This document shows, piece after piece, positions 40,306-54,671 of a DNA stretch of 64,000 nucleotides. Both the position numbers and the translations under genes were made by a program. A model generated the notes under the pieces. That model was not told the origin of the DNA, did no database searches, and saw only the letters and a program-made list of their open reading frames with translations. This DNA is from Auanema rhodensis (Eukaryota; Animalia; Nematoda). Location of the stretch: the NCBI GenBank assembly GCA_964057225.1, contig OZ059897.1:14074001-14138000 (forward strand). The letters are read 5' to 3'. How positions within the stretch are numbered: the stretch's first letter is position 1; the number at the start of each line of letters is the position of its first letter.

Positions 40306-41633
40306 TTAATATTTATCAACAGTACTTCGTGTTATTACTCCACTTACATTAATTTTATGAGACCTTGAATGTCCACAGAATTTAAGATTAATTGTTTGGT
40401 TAAGAATTGTATTATAACGTAAATTAATTATTATATAAACAATAAATGAGCTAGATAGTATTACCATTGAAAATTCAAGTAAAACTAAAAAAAATTAAAT
40501 TAATAATCAATAATTATAATTTTTAAAATTATTTAATATAACTTACAAGATGGGATATTAATATATATATGAATATATGCAATAAAAGTAGAGAAGAGTA
40601 TAACTGCTAAAGTTGTGAAATTCTGATAAAAAAAAATTAAATTTAATGAAAAAATTCATTGAAGCATACTTGTGCAATCAAAACTTTAACAAGTGTTAAC
40701 TGATATGATGAACTTTCTTTTGAAACAATAGTTTGTTTCCTACGTATTTCTTTTAAAGTATAATGAATGCAGATTAAAGCGATCTGAAAAAATGATTTTT
40801 CAGCATAAATGATTACATTTTGTGAAAATTAACTTACAAAAGTTGAAATTACTAATAATATTGGCACGTATATCAAAAAAAGTGTTCCATATATATTTGA
40901 AAAGTTCATATAGACAAGTTTAGTTTCAGCTTCATCACGCTCTTTAAAATTTTCTATCAACTGAAAAACGATTTTGGAATTAATATCTTTGAATTCAGAA
41001 TAACAAAATACATTCAAATAATCAATATGATCATTATGATCAAATTCTAGAATAATAATCAATATTATGGCAGGTATAATTAAAAAAGTTATTAATATTA
41101 ATATAAATAATAAGTAAAATATGTAACTTTTCTGAAAATATATAGAATTGTCTTTCTATTTTTTTGGAAAGTTATTAATAATACCTGCGTGAAATTACTT
41201 AATCTTGATATAGTTCGTAAACGATATAAAAATGAAATAAATGAAATTGAAACAAAATATCCAAATAAAATATATTGGAATTCACATATATTTGTACAAG
41301 TTAAACCAATCAGTTCATGATATCCTTTACAATGAATAACGTTTTTCCGAAAATCTGGACGAAATTTTCCAAAAAATGCTGAATTGAAGCAAAATAGATA
41401 AATGCAAATCTTAAAATATATTATTAATTTTGATATAAAAATAATAATATTACTTGTTGACTATAAATAATATGTTTATATTCCTTTGATTCATACAAAG
41501 GTCGTGAATTTTTATGTATTAATATACTAAATAAGAATATTAATGTGCATAGAAGAAATAAAAAATCTTGTGTTAACATGTAAAATTCATAAGTTGGTTC
41601 ATTTCGATGAGTATTAAGTAAATCTGATACCAT
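40306..41633 (-). CDS. Serpentine 7TM chemoreceptor
   Basis: Spliced MVSDLLNTHRNEP...KEYKHIIYSQQ|ICIYLFCFNSAFFGKFRP..HCKGY..IGLTC...LYRLR...YQLTLVKVLIAQ|...TVDKY*. Confidence 0.83.
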
Positions 41634-43037
41634 AATTTCCTTAAATCTGTAAATAAAATAAATATTTGAATAGCTAAATATTGTAAAAATCAGATAATTT
41701 AGAGAAACTATGTAGAAGAGTGAATGACATGTATGACAGAATCTCATTTAATAATTTGAAATTTAAAACAAAACTTTGATATAAAGAAGATATAGTATGT
41801 ATAGTAGAGATAAATATACTTGTATGTTATATTTATCTATATGTGTATGTATATTGAAAAATTGTTTTTTTAAACAGATTTTTCAATAATATAGAATTTA
41901 TGGTATACTATTTGAAAACTTGATAAAATTTGAAATAAATACTAACTTATTATGAAGATGTACTAAAGTTAGTTTATTGTATATATAGTATACATGTATT
42001 ATATATTTTGAAACAAAGGAATTATCTTTAATAAAAAAATAAAACAAATTAGTTGATTATTCGAAAAAAAATAAAAATGGTAAAGAAGATGATAGAGAAC
42101 AAATCACTGAGCTGCTGACAACTCATCTTTTGGCTTTTTAAATTGGTCAGTGAACATTTCAAATTTAATTACAATTTATTATTAATTTGAATAACGAAAG
42201 AAAAGTTAGAACAATGATAACAAGTATTAATGATATGATTTTACATTAAGAGAAATGAAATAATATTTCTAGTTAGAGATGTAGATATATACTTGAAATA
42301 TGAATTGTTAAATAAAGCGATATATGTTGATCAATTAATTATATGTATATAAATTATTTAAATTATAATAATTTTATTAAAAGTTTACATATTTCATTGC
42401 ATTTTTTAACTTTTTACGTTGATCTTACATTTCTAATATGATATTATGAATTAAGAACATGTAACAGCAAAACTGATTTAGTTTAGGTTAGCTACTCAAT
42501 GTCATATTTTTTGAGAATAAATTTAAAATTTGAAAGAAATTAAAAAAAAGGAAGTTAACTGAAAAATATTTGTAATCATTTCCTATTCTGTGATATGGCA
42601 AAATATGAAATGAAAACATAACAATTCAGATCTTATAGTAGGAAGTTCTAATGTTAAAGAAATAAAATGTAAATCTGATGAAGCAGAAACGGTATTATTG
42701 CGTCATTATTTACACATATATGAGCAAATTATTTATATATTCAATAATATATTTTAAATAAATGAAGAACATTTATCAATAACTATAATACATAAGAACA
42801 AATAGATATCTCTTTTATAATAAAAAAATTTAATAATATTAAGAAATTTTAGTAGATAATACAACAAGTAAATTCTTATCTAGCCTTGGCATGAACTGAT
42901 GAATGTGACAAATCTGTAAACATAAAGCAATCCAACATGTAATTCTTTATTTCTTTGTTATTTTCTTTTAACATCAATAAATTTTGTTTTGATGAATAAA
43001 AACTATTTAATTATTAAAAACAACATAAAAAGATATT

Positions 43038-44426
43038 TTATGCTATTAAAACTGTGCTAGATGTTCCAATCATACGATTTGTTTTAATAATGAAACATGG
43101 TATGAAATCACGAACTGTTTTTCGATATGATGTATTTAAAGTTAAAACAAGAATAACTTGAACATTAGTAGCATTTGCAAATAAAATAATGGCAGTTAAT
43201 AAAACTTCTGAAATATTTTAAAAATTATTTTTAGAAATAAATTATAAACTATCACAAACCTATATGTACATTAGTAAATAAGGAAATTAATATAACTAAA
43301 GGTGCACAACCCATAATTGTAAAGATGGTAGCACTCTAGAAAACATAATGTTCATAGAATATATTATAAATTTTAAAATTTTATTTATATATTACCTGAA
43401 TGAGTAATATTTTTAAAACTTTCATATGATATTTATATTGTCCTGCTGCTCGTGATTGTTGAAGTTGTACTGATACTACTATATATCTAACTAAAGGTAA
43501 TAAAGCCTAAAATAAATAAATAATTTTGTATTCTATAACTATAAAATAATTAAATTAATTATAGATATGATTGAAATAAGAAAACATATACTTACCACGC
43601 CACTAATCCCTAACATTACAGTAAAAAAAGAAGTATAAGCTTTAAAAGTCCAGTCAGAATATGGAATAGCTATAATAGATTTACGTTTACTATAAGCTTC
43701 GAAATATACAGGTAACTGAAAACAAAATTAAAAATATTATAAATTATAATAAAATTTTAGAAAATATACATCTTTTAGAATAGTAAAAGCAATATCATCA
43801 GTTAGAGTGAACATACAAGTAACAATAATAGTTGGTGGAATAACTAAAAATATTAGAATAGTTGAGCATAATCCATAAAAAAACCAATCATTCTATAAAA
43901 TATTTTTACAAGGATTTTTAAAAGAAAACTTTAAGAAATACATTCATAATATGATCATGTCTTGTTATAATTCGTATACGATATAGTAAAGCAATAAAAA
44001 AATATGCTGCATATGATCCAAAGCAGAAACATGCAAACGACTACAATATTTGAAATTTAAAAATAGAACTTAAATAATTAAATTGTTTACATATGAAGTA
44101 TAACACGGTAATCCAATATATGGATTATATCCTTCACAAAATACCACACCTTTATCCAATATTGGTATGTATTTACCAAAAAATGACCAACATATACTAT
44201 TTAAAAATAAATAAACCTTAGAATAAAAATAATTATATATAAAGGTTGAAGAATATCGAACTTGTTGAAAATGTGAACACAGACGATATTCTTTTAATTC
44301 TTTTGATGGCGGTGATCTATTAATAATATAAATACTGAATAAATTTAAAATAATAGCAGAAATAGTAGTAATATCAAGAAATATAAGATAAATCCTATGA
44401 TTAACAGTATCACTTGTTATATTCAT
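43038..44426 (-). CDS. Serpentine 7TM chemoreceptor (3' end may extend by one exon)
   Basis: Spliced MNITSDTV...KEYRLCSHFQQ|VYLFLNSICWSFFGKYIP..FCEGY..IGLPC...LLYRIR...HMKVLKILLIQ|...LNTSYRKTV. Confidence 0.85.
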
Positions 44427-45959
44427 AATGTGGGGTGAAAGTAATTGAAAATCTTTATTTTATACAATAAAGAGAGATGAGGTAGTGTAGTTGACAGCAA
44501 AAGTAATATTGTAATAAACACTGATTTCTAAAATATATTATATAATCATAAATATATAATTTACAAATATACTCTCGTCAAGTTTATGTAGATATCAAGA
44601 TGTGCCAACTGATATTCACACCTTGTATTAATACACCTGCTTATATCTCACACTAGCATTGGATTTCAAATGTTATCCTTTTGACTTTCTTTTTTTTTTT
44701 GAAAAAATTTGAATATAAATATACATATCTATTATAAAATTCAATTCAATAATTTTGATTATGAAGAAAATTTCTGATATACCCTACTCTTAATCACTTC
44801 TTTCTTAGTAAATTATAATTTGAAATGAGGAATTTCAAATGTAAGCTGTCAAAGATTAATATTTACTTCTGATGAAGTATGATCTTTAAACGGATTTTAC
44901 TTAAAAACAATATTTATTTTGAACTTATATTCAACTGAAATCAAATTTAAAAGAACCTTTTCTTACAATATAAAAATTATTTATAAAGATTAGTTTACTT
45001 AATAAACAAATTATATACCATATACTTTAACAGCTGAATGATATTCTCTTTTATGATTTTTTTCTTCTAAACAATTTGTTTCAAACAATAAAAATAAATA
45101 TATCATTGATCACTTTTGAATTATATTATGTACTTACATAGATATGAATGTTATATATGTAAATCTTGAAAATAATAATAAAAAAGTTTTTGAAATAAAT
45201 TATTTTTAGAAAAAGGTTAAAATAATAATTTGATTTGATCAAACATTGTTAAACTTTTAAAATTATTTTTATAATTAATAATAAAAATAGAATATGTATA
45301 GTATAGTATATGTACTATATGTATGGACATACATATGTACATAAGCATAAACAAATAATTTATATAAAATTTTGTTTCCTTTTTTAATAAAAAAAATTAT
45401 TTTATTTTTTCTAAAATTTAAAATTAATTTTCAGAATTTAAAAGAAATGTACATACGATTTATGACTAATCGCTATGCATGAGAGGATATAAAATATTCA
45501 TAAAAAATTATTAATGCAACTAGAAAAAACTTTTTTTTAGATTATAATACGTAATTATAAATAATATAATAATATTATTGCATATTAATAAAAGTATTTG
45601 TTATTATTTTATATTTTATTTACATAAAAAATAATATTAATTCAATTAATAAGCAGAAAAAATTTAAATCATTCTTTTTTTTTCGAATTTTAAATATTTT
45701 CTATATTAATGTTTTGTTTTCTATAAATAAAATATATATTTCTATATTTTAAATATTTTTAGTTAATTGTATATGTGTATTACTTTTACGTCAATTATAC
45801 ATTATCGTAGTCAAGTAATCTTTAGATATCTAAAACTTTATTATATTGATTGACTTGACTAGATTGACTATATAGCCTTAATCTATGTTAAGAAGACTAG
45901 GTATATGTACTTTTTCCATATTATTCTCACTTAAGAATACATTCTATACTACATATGTA

Positions 45960-46154
45960 CAGTCCTGAGTGATGAACGTTGGACACTCAAAAAATCTCTC
46001 GAATCGTTTAAAACAAACTACAGAAAGAAAATATTATGAGTATTGAAAAACTCCATAGCATAGCATATATTAATTTTTTCCAATTTTTTTTGTAGTTTGA
46101 AGGGGGTTATCTGGGCTCTCTCAAGATGTGTCCCACTTTCATTGCACAAGACTG
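45960..46154. mobile_element. 195-bp MITE of a Tc1 family related to the element at 32876
   Basis: TA-flanked. Ends are CAGTCCTGAGTGATGAACGTTGGACAC and (rc) CAGTCTTGTGCAATGAAAGTGGGACAC. Subterminal AAACAAACTACA...ATGAGTATT.AAAACTC.ATAG and TTTTGTAGTTTGAAG.GGGTT.TCTGG are shared with the Tc1. Confidence 0.85.
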
Positions 46155-46471
46155 TATATATAAATACATTAATAGTATTTTTACAATTAAAATTGAGTAC
46201 TCGTATACAACTTTTGTACTTTGATTTAAATCTCTGTTGAGCTTCATGAGAATTTTTTTATATAATAATAATATTAAAAAATGAAAAAGTGTATCTGATA
46301 ACATGAAATGAAAAACTTTTCTTGATCTTTTTCTGAAAATGACATACCAATTTTCAGAAATGAACAGCTATTCTGAGAAAGCGAAAAATTCTAAGTAAGA
46401 AAATAATAATCATTGTTTATTAAATGAAAATTCTGTTGTCAAACTACTTTATCAATAAAATTTTCTGATGA

Positions 46472-47729
46472 TTATAGTTCTTTGTGAGACATATAGACAC
46501 TGATGGAAGATCCACCATCAACAACCATAGAATGACCAACCACAAATCCAGAAACTTTTCTATCCGAAAGGAATAAAATAGCTTCAGCAATATCATTTGG
46601 TGTTCCTATAATATGAATTATATATTTATTAAATAATCAAAAATATTTATTATTCATACCTACTCTACCAAGAGGAATAGTGTGACGATCCTCAGCGAAT
46701 ACTTCATTCTTTAATAATTTTATTTATTTATTTTTTTTAAAGTTTCAAAATAATTTACCCAATCAATGTTTTTTCCTTGTTTCTGCATGATATCAGTCTC
46801 AACAGCTCCAGGACTGAAATATTTTAAATTTACTTTTCAATTGTATACTATATTCTATATACTTGACTGAATTAACACGAACTCCATCTTTGATATAATG
46901 AATTGCAAATGCGCGTGTAAGTTGATCAAGAGCTGACTTTGAAGCAGCGTAATAAGGAACGCTTGTCCACTTAAAAATTATAAATAAAAGTTTTTCTTTA
47001 ATTTCTTCTGTTAAGTTTGGTATTCATAGAAAGAAACATACAGCAATGCTAAGAGCTGCAATACTGGACACATTTACAATTTCTCCTTTAGATTTGATCA
47101 AAAATGGAAGAGCAGTCTTCATCAATTTGATTACACTAAAACTTATTATAAGTTTAAATTTTGAGAATATGAATTACGCTCTGGTATTCAATTGGATGAC
47201 GTAATCAAAACATTCAATATCTTGGTCAAAAGCATCAGTTTCAGTCATATCAGGAGCAACACCTCCGGCATTGTTGATCTAGAAGTAATACATGATAACG
47301 TCACATGGTTATTAAGATCGAATGTTTTCAATTTACCAGAACATCAATTCCTCCAAATTTAGCAACAGTATCATCAATGACTTTCTGCTGAACGGATTCG
47401 ATTGTCAAATCACCAAGAACTTCACAAATTCTATCTTCAGTTGATCCTGCTTGAAGAAGAAGCTTCTTTGTCTCCTATAAATGTTTAAATATGATTATAA
47501 ATCAAAATGAACTTTATTTCTTTAATGACAAACCTCTAAGCTTTCTGCTCGTCTTCCTGTGATAGTAACTTTAGCTCCTTCTTCGGCGAAGCGTTGAGCA
47601 GTAGCTCTACCAATTCCATTGCTGGATCCTTAAAAATTAAATAAAAACATTAGAATAAATATTTATAAAGTTTATTTCTTATTAATTACCTGTTACAATA
47701 ACAATTTTGTCTTGGAATCGTTTGCTCAT
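46472..47729 (-). CDS. Short-chain dehydrogenase/reductase (classical SDR), 9 exons
   Basis: MSKRFQDKIVIVT|GSSNGIG (TGxxxGIG), INNAG, NVSS, YYAASK (YxxxK), RVNSV|SPG, VVDGG. Confidence 0.95.
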
Positions 47730-49051
47730 CTTATTCTCTAAAAAACAAAATGAAATGAAAAATAAGGTTTGCTGTGAAATGAATGCGATAACAGCTGAAG
47801 AGCAACTATTTAAAGCAAAGAGTTGAAATACTATATATGTGATATTTCGTGCGAACAATCTTGTTCGACATAAAAGTTTCGAATAAACTTCAAATGTTCA
47901 CGAAATCGTTATATTTTGTTAAAAAACATGAAGATACGAATATCTTTGAAAAAGGTATTTATGTATAATATTAAAGAAGTTTTTAAACTGTTTTGTAGAA
48001 TTTCTTCATTTCTTGAATTTTCTGAAGAAGGTTGTAGACGAAAACTAATGTTTTATGAACGACTTGTTGAAAAACTTACACGAAACTTGATGTTAATTAT
48101 GCTATAAGTTTATAGTTGATGATTAGTTTCGTTATATCTAATTACAACTTTAACATATTTTATAATTTAGATATCAAGTTATTTTGTGTTAAATATTGTT
48201 ACATAAATGGTAACAAATGTATTCTGAAAAAAAATGAACAGAGATAGCATTCTTTCATTGAATAACATTTGAAAATATGGAGATACATCGAATATATACT
48301 GAATTTTGTGACGTCAATCTCTGATAGTATATACATATATGTACATAGTTTGTGTCCTATCTTTAGACAAAAACTTATATTAAGAAAAAAATGTGAATCA
48401 TTTTTAAATTAAAAGAAAATTAAATCTAAAATTAGTTTATAAATTGTGATCTATATATTGAATTTTGATAAGAATCTCTATTATCTTTAGCTGATAGACA
48501 CTATAAACAAAAAGTTTAATTCGTACTTCTAAGCTGATTTTGTGAATATAATCTATTAAATACTATAATAAATATATTATTTAAATTATATTTTATATTT
48601 ATTATTTATTATTTAAAATAATAAAATTTATTTGTCATCTAATTAAATTAATAAATATTCGTTTAATAAGAATTTTAATTGATGTTTGAAAAAATAAAAG
48701 AAAAACTTCATTTATGATTTTGAATTTTTGATTTCTTTACGTCATTAACGAAAATTTTGTTCATATCACATTGAACATACTATCATATTAACATATTATA
48801 GTAATCATGACAATACGATTTAAATAGATTTCATATTCTATTTTTTCTTTTTTTTTTAATAAATTTATAATAATAATTAATACTTTATTATAAAAATAAT
48901 ACTGTATATACATACATATACATATGTATACTGTAATCATAGAATTTATGATATCTATGAGAATCTTTTTAATTTTTTCATAAAGACAAGTAATCATAAT
49001 ATACTTTCCATATCAATAGATAGATGTTATTCAGTTTAATTTTAATTTCAG

Positions 49052-49335
49052 TTTAGTTGAAAGATATCATGAAAGCAGAGAAAGTATCCGCGTAGGTTAA
49101 TCAGAGGCTTGAGAAGATTTGTTAAGAGAAATATGAATAATTTCCATCTGAAGAGCAAGACAAGACAGAATTGCTCAAAACGAAAACGAATGACTATGGG
49201 AATACAAATTTTCAATTCAGATATATTCAGTTTACCAGCACGGCTAAAGCCCGATTTCTTCTTTGGCGTGCGAGCGTTGAAGTCGGATGATCGAGCTCTA
49301 TACAACTGAGCTCTGAACATTATTTTTGTTTTTGT
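49052..49335 (+). mobile_element. Decayed fragment of a Polinton pPolB palm region
   Basis: GNTN....FTSTAKARFLLW.A..VG then (frameshift) DRALYN*ALNIIFV resembles the consensus NTN..IA.F.TA.AR..LY......RVLY.DTDSIIFV. Several stops. Confidence 0.5.
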
Positions 49336-51707
49336 GCTTGTAAACAAATTTGTTATATAACAAATATTTATTTAAAATATGTTAATAATATATTATTTTA
49401 TTGTTTTATTACTGTAAAAGATCAAATGGGATTTATATACATATTAGGATAATATAGGATTTCTATTAACTATAAATTTCAATAGAATATGAAATTATTT
49501 AAAATGTTCAATAGAATAATTAAGAAAAAATAAACAAATGTACTTCAAATGAAAGAAAAATATTGTAAAAATATATATTTAATTATATAAATTAGCATAA
49601 TAATACTTTTATCTGACGTTGAATTTTCACGCAACGTCAAATATATAATTTATTTTATTTAATTATAACAAAACGATTGTTCTTTATAATTAATATTTAA
49701 AGAACTACATATGTATATATTTAAAATTATTTATTAAATTAATAATTTAAACTTCAATGATTAGTATTATTAGTTCAAATATTACAATAAAAACAAATTT
49801 ATTACTTTTAATAATTATATTCATTGATGCTTATCATGAATTTAATTCAATTATATAAGACAAATCAATCAAATTTCTTGATCAATACCATTTTCAATAG
49901 CATACCAATTCATAGAATATGGGTAGTTCAGCTTATATTCTTATCTGATAATTTGTGAAAATAGTAACCGTAATCAGCACTGATTTACTACCAACAATCA
50001 GCATTTTTCCTGAAAGGTTATGAACTTTTAAATTATAATAATATTATGTTTTTTATATAATTTAAATTAATAATTGATTTATTATTATTTTTGTTTGAAA
50101 TTATTATTTTCTTCTTCTTAATTATAATAACTGATATTTTTTTGTGAATTTTAATTTTTAAAAATTTAAATTAATAAATACGAATAAGATCTAAGCTTAG
50201 TTTTATCTGTTCATTTCATAATTATATGTATAAAATATTTTATTTCATTTATTATTTATGAAAAATGATCATTTTAATCTTTTCCAGTTCAATATTTCTT
50301 TGAAATTGCATCTGTTAAAATCAAAAGATTAAAGAATGCAATTAGAATTAAAATCATTTTTATCTTTGAAGATAATTGGACATTGAATTTTAAAAATTGA
50401 AAAGAAATATAAAAATCATAAAGAATATGAATTGATAGCAAAGACATTTTTCCTTCTAATCTTTATAAAACGTTTCTTCAAAAAACTGGAGTTTTAACTT
50501 TTTTTTATTGACCGAACTGCATTCAATCATCTAATGGCAAATAGGGTAACATCCAACAAACATGCTTATTCTTACTGCTCCACACATAGAATCAATAATC
50601 TTCTCTCATTTTTTAATCTTAAATATAAAGCATTTTTACTGTTTTTTCACCTCTTGCATTTTTCAGAAATTCAGTTTTCCTAAGAAAAGTTGTAAAATGA
50701 CCAATCTGATGATTAATAGAATTTCAATATTTTCTGAAATAGATGTTATGATCATTTTCTGAAGTTTTAATAAAAGTTTTATATTGTATTCTTATATCTT
50801 TTTTTTCTGGATACTAGTACTGTCTTACTATATACGTGTATATAAAATATAAAATATAATAATTATTATGTACTTTTTCAATGAATATATTTCAAAAATT
50901 CATTATAATGTCTTCTATTTGTTTATCAAAATTATTCAAATTGAGGTATGTCGAATATACGAAGTATCGAGTACAAGCATGTATCAACGACTGATAATAC
51001 TAATAAGGTTAGTTTATACGATTTTTAAAAAAAAAGTTTTTTTATTTTACAATAACATATCATATGATTGAGAAAAAAATTAAATTTTGAATTAAGTAGG
51101 TATACGTAGCACCGAAAATGCACCCAAATATCAATAATATTTGTACTGAAGTGTAGACTAGATCGAACTTTAAAATAAAACCTTGTAAATGATAATTCTA
51201 AAACTGGTAAAACACAATTTATTATAATTAAGGCTTTTATTGGTTTTATGTCACTCCTCTATTAAGCTTTATTAACCTGTATAAGTCTAAAAGACACAGA
51301 ACATATGTATCTAGTATTGTTCGAGAATTAGGCTTGAAGCGTAGAGTATTTGGAGACTCAGGGTACTTCATGGAAAATCACAATAAACATTTGTTAAAAA
51401 TTTATATATTTGCTAAAAAATGAAACCGATAAAAACCATAATTAATTATATTATATATTATAGAATAATATTAGAATTTATAATTTGCTTAAATCAGAGT
51501 TTAAAATAAATTTTTAAACTCTGCAAAACAATATGTTTATTGAAATATAAGTATATATATAATGGATATCTTCTATCTATAATAATCGTTTATAGATGAT
51601 AATCTATTTATAAACATATATATATTATTTACATTAATATAAATAAATAAATACAAATTACTTATCATATAACGTCTTCATTACAGATAATATCGCCAAC
51701 AATATCT

Positions 51708-53723
51708 ATGAAGGATTACTATAGGCTACTAGCAATCTCCTGTACTCTTTCTTTTTCAGTCAATTTCCAGGTTCAAATTTGAATTTAACTTGTTTTGATT
51801 TTAATTTATTCATAGTATGCATTTTCATCAACATACACTAATTCAGCAGTTAATAGTTTTCAAAATTTTATCAATGAATCTGCTGAGCTACGTGGATATT
51901 CTTTCACAGGTTAATAGTTTCTTAGAATTATTTTGTAAATTAATATAATTATTTAATTAAAGAAGATCAATATTCATTTTTCTGGAATATTATTGTGAAT
52001 GTATGGTTTGTGGGATTCTTAATTGGAATTTGGTTGGGACGATGGCTTACTGATCATTTGGGTCGCAAACGTATGTCTATCTAGATAAACAACTATAAAA
52101 ACTTCTAAATCTTCTAAATTCAAATATTTATTTTTCATCAAAAAGAAATTAACTTGAACTATATTTTTGCTTTTAATTCAACAAAAATTGGAAAAAAATG
52201 AATTATCTAGATGTTTAAGCTTTATAAAGTATTTGCTTCTGTGTTGGATCACTGAATTTTGCAAATATTTCCAAATTCTGTATGTTTCAGCTGCATTTTT
52301 TGTTGGAAATGGTTTCAATGTAATTGGTTCTATACTAGTTTGTTTATCAATTGTAATATATGAACCAATTCTATTACTATTTGGAAGATTAATAAGTAGT
52401 ATTGCAACTTCTATATCATATTGTTCATTAATTCTATATCTACAGGTATAATTATTTAAATTTTTATAAATATTTTTACTTATAATTATAGGAAATTGCA
52501 CCAAGTGGTGCAAAAGGTTCAACAAGTTGTCTTAATGGATGTATCTATTCATTAATATCTATACTTGGTATTACATTAGGAAATGATGAATTACTTGGAA
52601 AACATTTAGCTTATTATCTTGGATTTGGAATACTTCCATGTAATATAATATTTAAAATAAATTAAAATTATATTTTAAAATTTTAGGTATTTTTAGTTAT
52701 GTTGTGATATTCTTTTTACCAGAAACTCCAAAATATCTGGCTTCTCGACAAAAACTTGATAAAGCTGAAGATTCTATTATTTTCTATCATGGAAACTCAT
52801 GTAATGCTCCAAGTACTCTAAAAATAATTCAAAATGTTTTAATAATTTTTAAATATTTAAAATAATTTTTATTATATTTCAGGATATTGATAGTGCTGAT
52901 TCAGATAAGAAACCAAAACTGTTAGATCTTGTAAGAAAACCTCATCTTCGTAATGCTCTTTTGTTATCTTTAGCTGCTATTCAAGTAATTTATTTGAATT
53001 AAAAACATTTTTAAAAAATATTTTTAATTTTAGAATACAGTTGCATTATGGACAATATTATTATCATCAACATATTATTTAGAAGAAACAGGAGTTGATC
53101 ATCATATAGCTCAATGGAGTAGCACAGTTATGGCTATAGCTTATTTCTGTGGAACATCAACTGGTGTTCTAACTATTGAAAAGTAAAAAATTTACATTTT
53201 CTTTTAAATAATTGAATTCATATAGATATGGAAGAAGACCTTTACTTATTTGGTCAAATATTATCAATATGCTTTCACTTATTTTCTTTACTTTATTTGC
53301 AAAAATGGATTTTTATATGCCAGGAATTAAATATGGTTGTTTGCCGATGTTGGCTTTATTTGGATGGTCGTTTGGGTTTGTTTAAGTCTTTTCTTTTCCA
53401 AAAATTTTAAATCTTCTAAAATTCTTATATAAATAATATTTTCCAGCTGGGCTGTTGGACCTGTAGCTCGATTTATTGCTGCTGAGCTTACGCCTACAAA
53501 GTATCGAAGTTTGATGACAGCAGTAGTTTTCTCTGAAAATACTGTAATCAACGTGATTACAGCGTTTGCATGTCGTCCACTTTTTCATATAATTGGACCA
53601 TATGCCTTTTGTTTGTTATATGTATTTCCCTCAATATTTTGTTTATTATATATGATTGTTTATTTACCTGAAACAAAAGGCCGGGAAATATCAGAAATAG
53701 TTACAATTTTAAAAAATCAATAA
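51708..53723 (+). CDS. MFS sugar (GLUT-like) transporter, 10 exons
   Basis: DHLGRK, LFGRL, YLQ|EIAP, LPETPKYL, IEK|YGRRPLL, GPV..FIAAEL, LPETKGR: sugar-porter signatures. Confidence 0.95.
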
Positions 53724-53862
53724 TTAAAATATATTAATTATATATTAATTATAATAATTTTGTTTAATAATATATTTATTTATAAAATAAATATAAAATT
53801 TAGGAAAAAAATTTATTGAAGATCTTCATATTTTATTAAAAAAATATAAATTTTATGTCTTA

Positions 53863-54354
53863 TTTTTTGTTGTTTGAAAATTAATGCAGGATAATATTAT
53901 GTATTCTTATAAATTATTAAAATAAAGTTTTAACAAAGTTTCATTAATTCAAGTAATTTCCATTTGGTTTGACATAGTTTTGCCAAAGTTCCATCAGATT
54001 GTCAAGTCAAAAAATCCTGGCTCCTCGATCTGATGAATTGATCGAACTCGACCTCCACTCCTTCTTGTTTGGTGAACAGTTTCTTGTTGAAGAATTCGTG
54101 AAGATGTATGAAAAAGTGGAAGTCTATAGATGCAACATCCGGAGAATAAGCAGGATAAGTAGCAGCCTAGTTCACTGATCTTCAGAAGCCTCTGTTGACT
54201 AAAGAGGACCCATTTTTTCCCAGTAAAGAAAAAAATCAACAACATTAAAAGTTTAATAAATTAATTAAAAAATATGAAATCTTTGTGTAAACTTTCTAAA
54301 TAAATTAAAAAAAACATATATTGGAAAACCTGCATTGATTTTCGAACAACCTAA
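53863..54354 (-). mobile_element. Internally deleted mariner relic (~490 bp)
   Basis: Degenerate TIRs GTTGTTTGAAAATTAATGCAGG and (rc) GTTGTTCGAAAATCAATGCAGG. Peptide YPAYSPDVASIDFHFF...FDQFIRSRSQDF...LWQNYVKPNGNY matches mariner YSPDLAPSD. Confidence 0.85.
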
Positions 54355-54671
54355 AGTTTTCATAGTTATTTTATATTTTTTAAGTATTAAGCTATTAATG
54401 TAAAATTTTATAATAATTTAATTATTAAATTATTACAGATAAATATATAAGAATTTAAATTCTTGTATATCACCTATGTATGATTTTTTCTTTTTTTCTT
54501 CGAAAATGTTTTTTGATTATTAGAAAAAATAACTTTTTTCCCTTTCATTTAGCTATCTACTAATTCATTATTATCTTTATTCTTTTCTCTATCCGGTAGA
54601 AACCTCATGAAATCAATTTCTTATCAAATATATAATCATAACGATAAGATCTAGTCTGTAACAGAGTCGTC

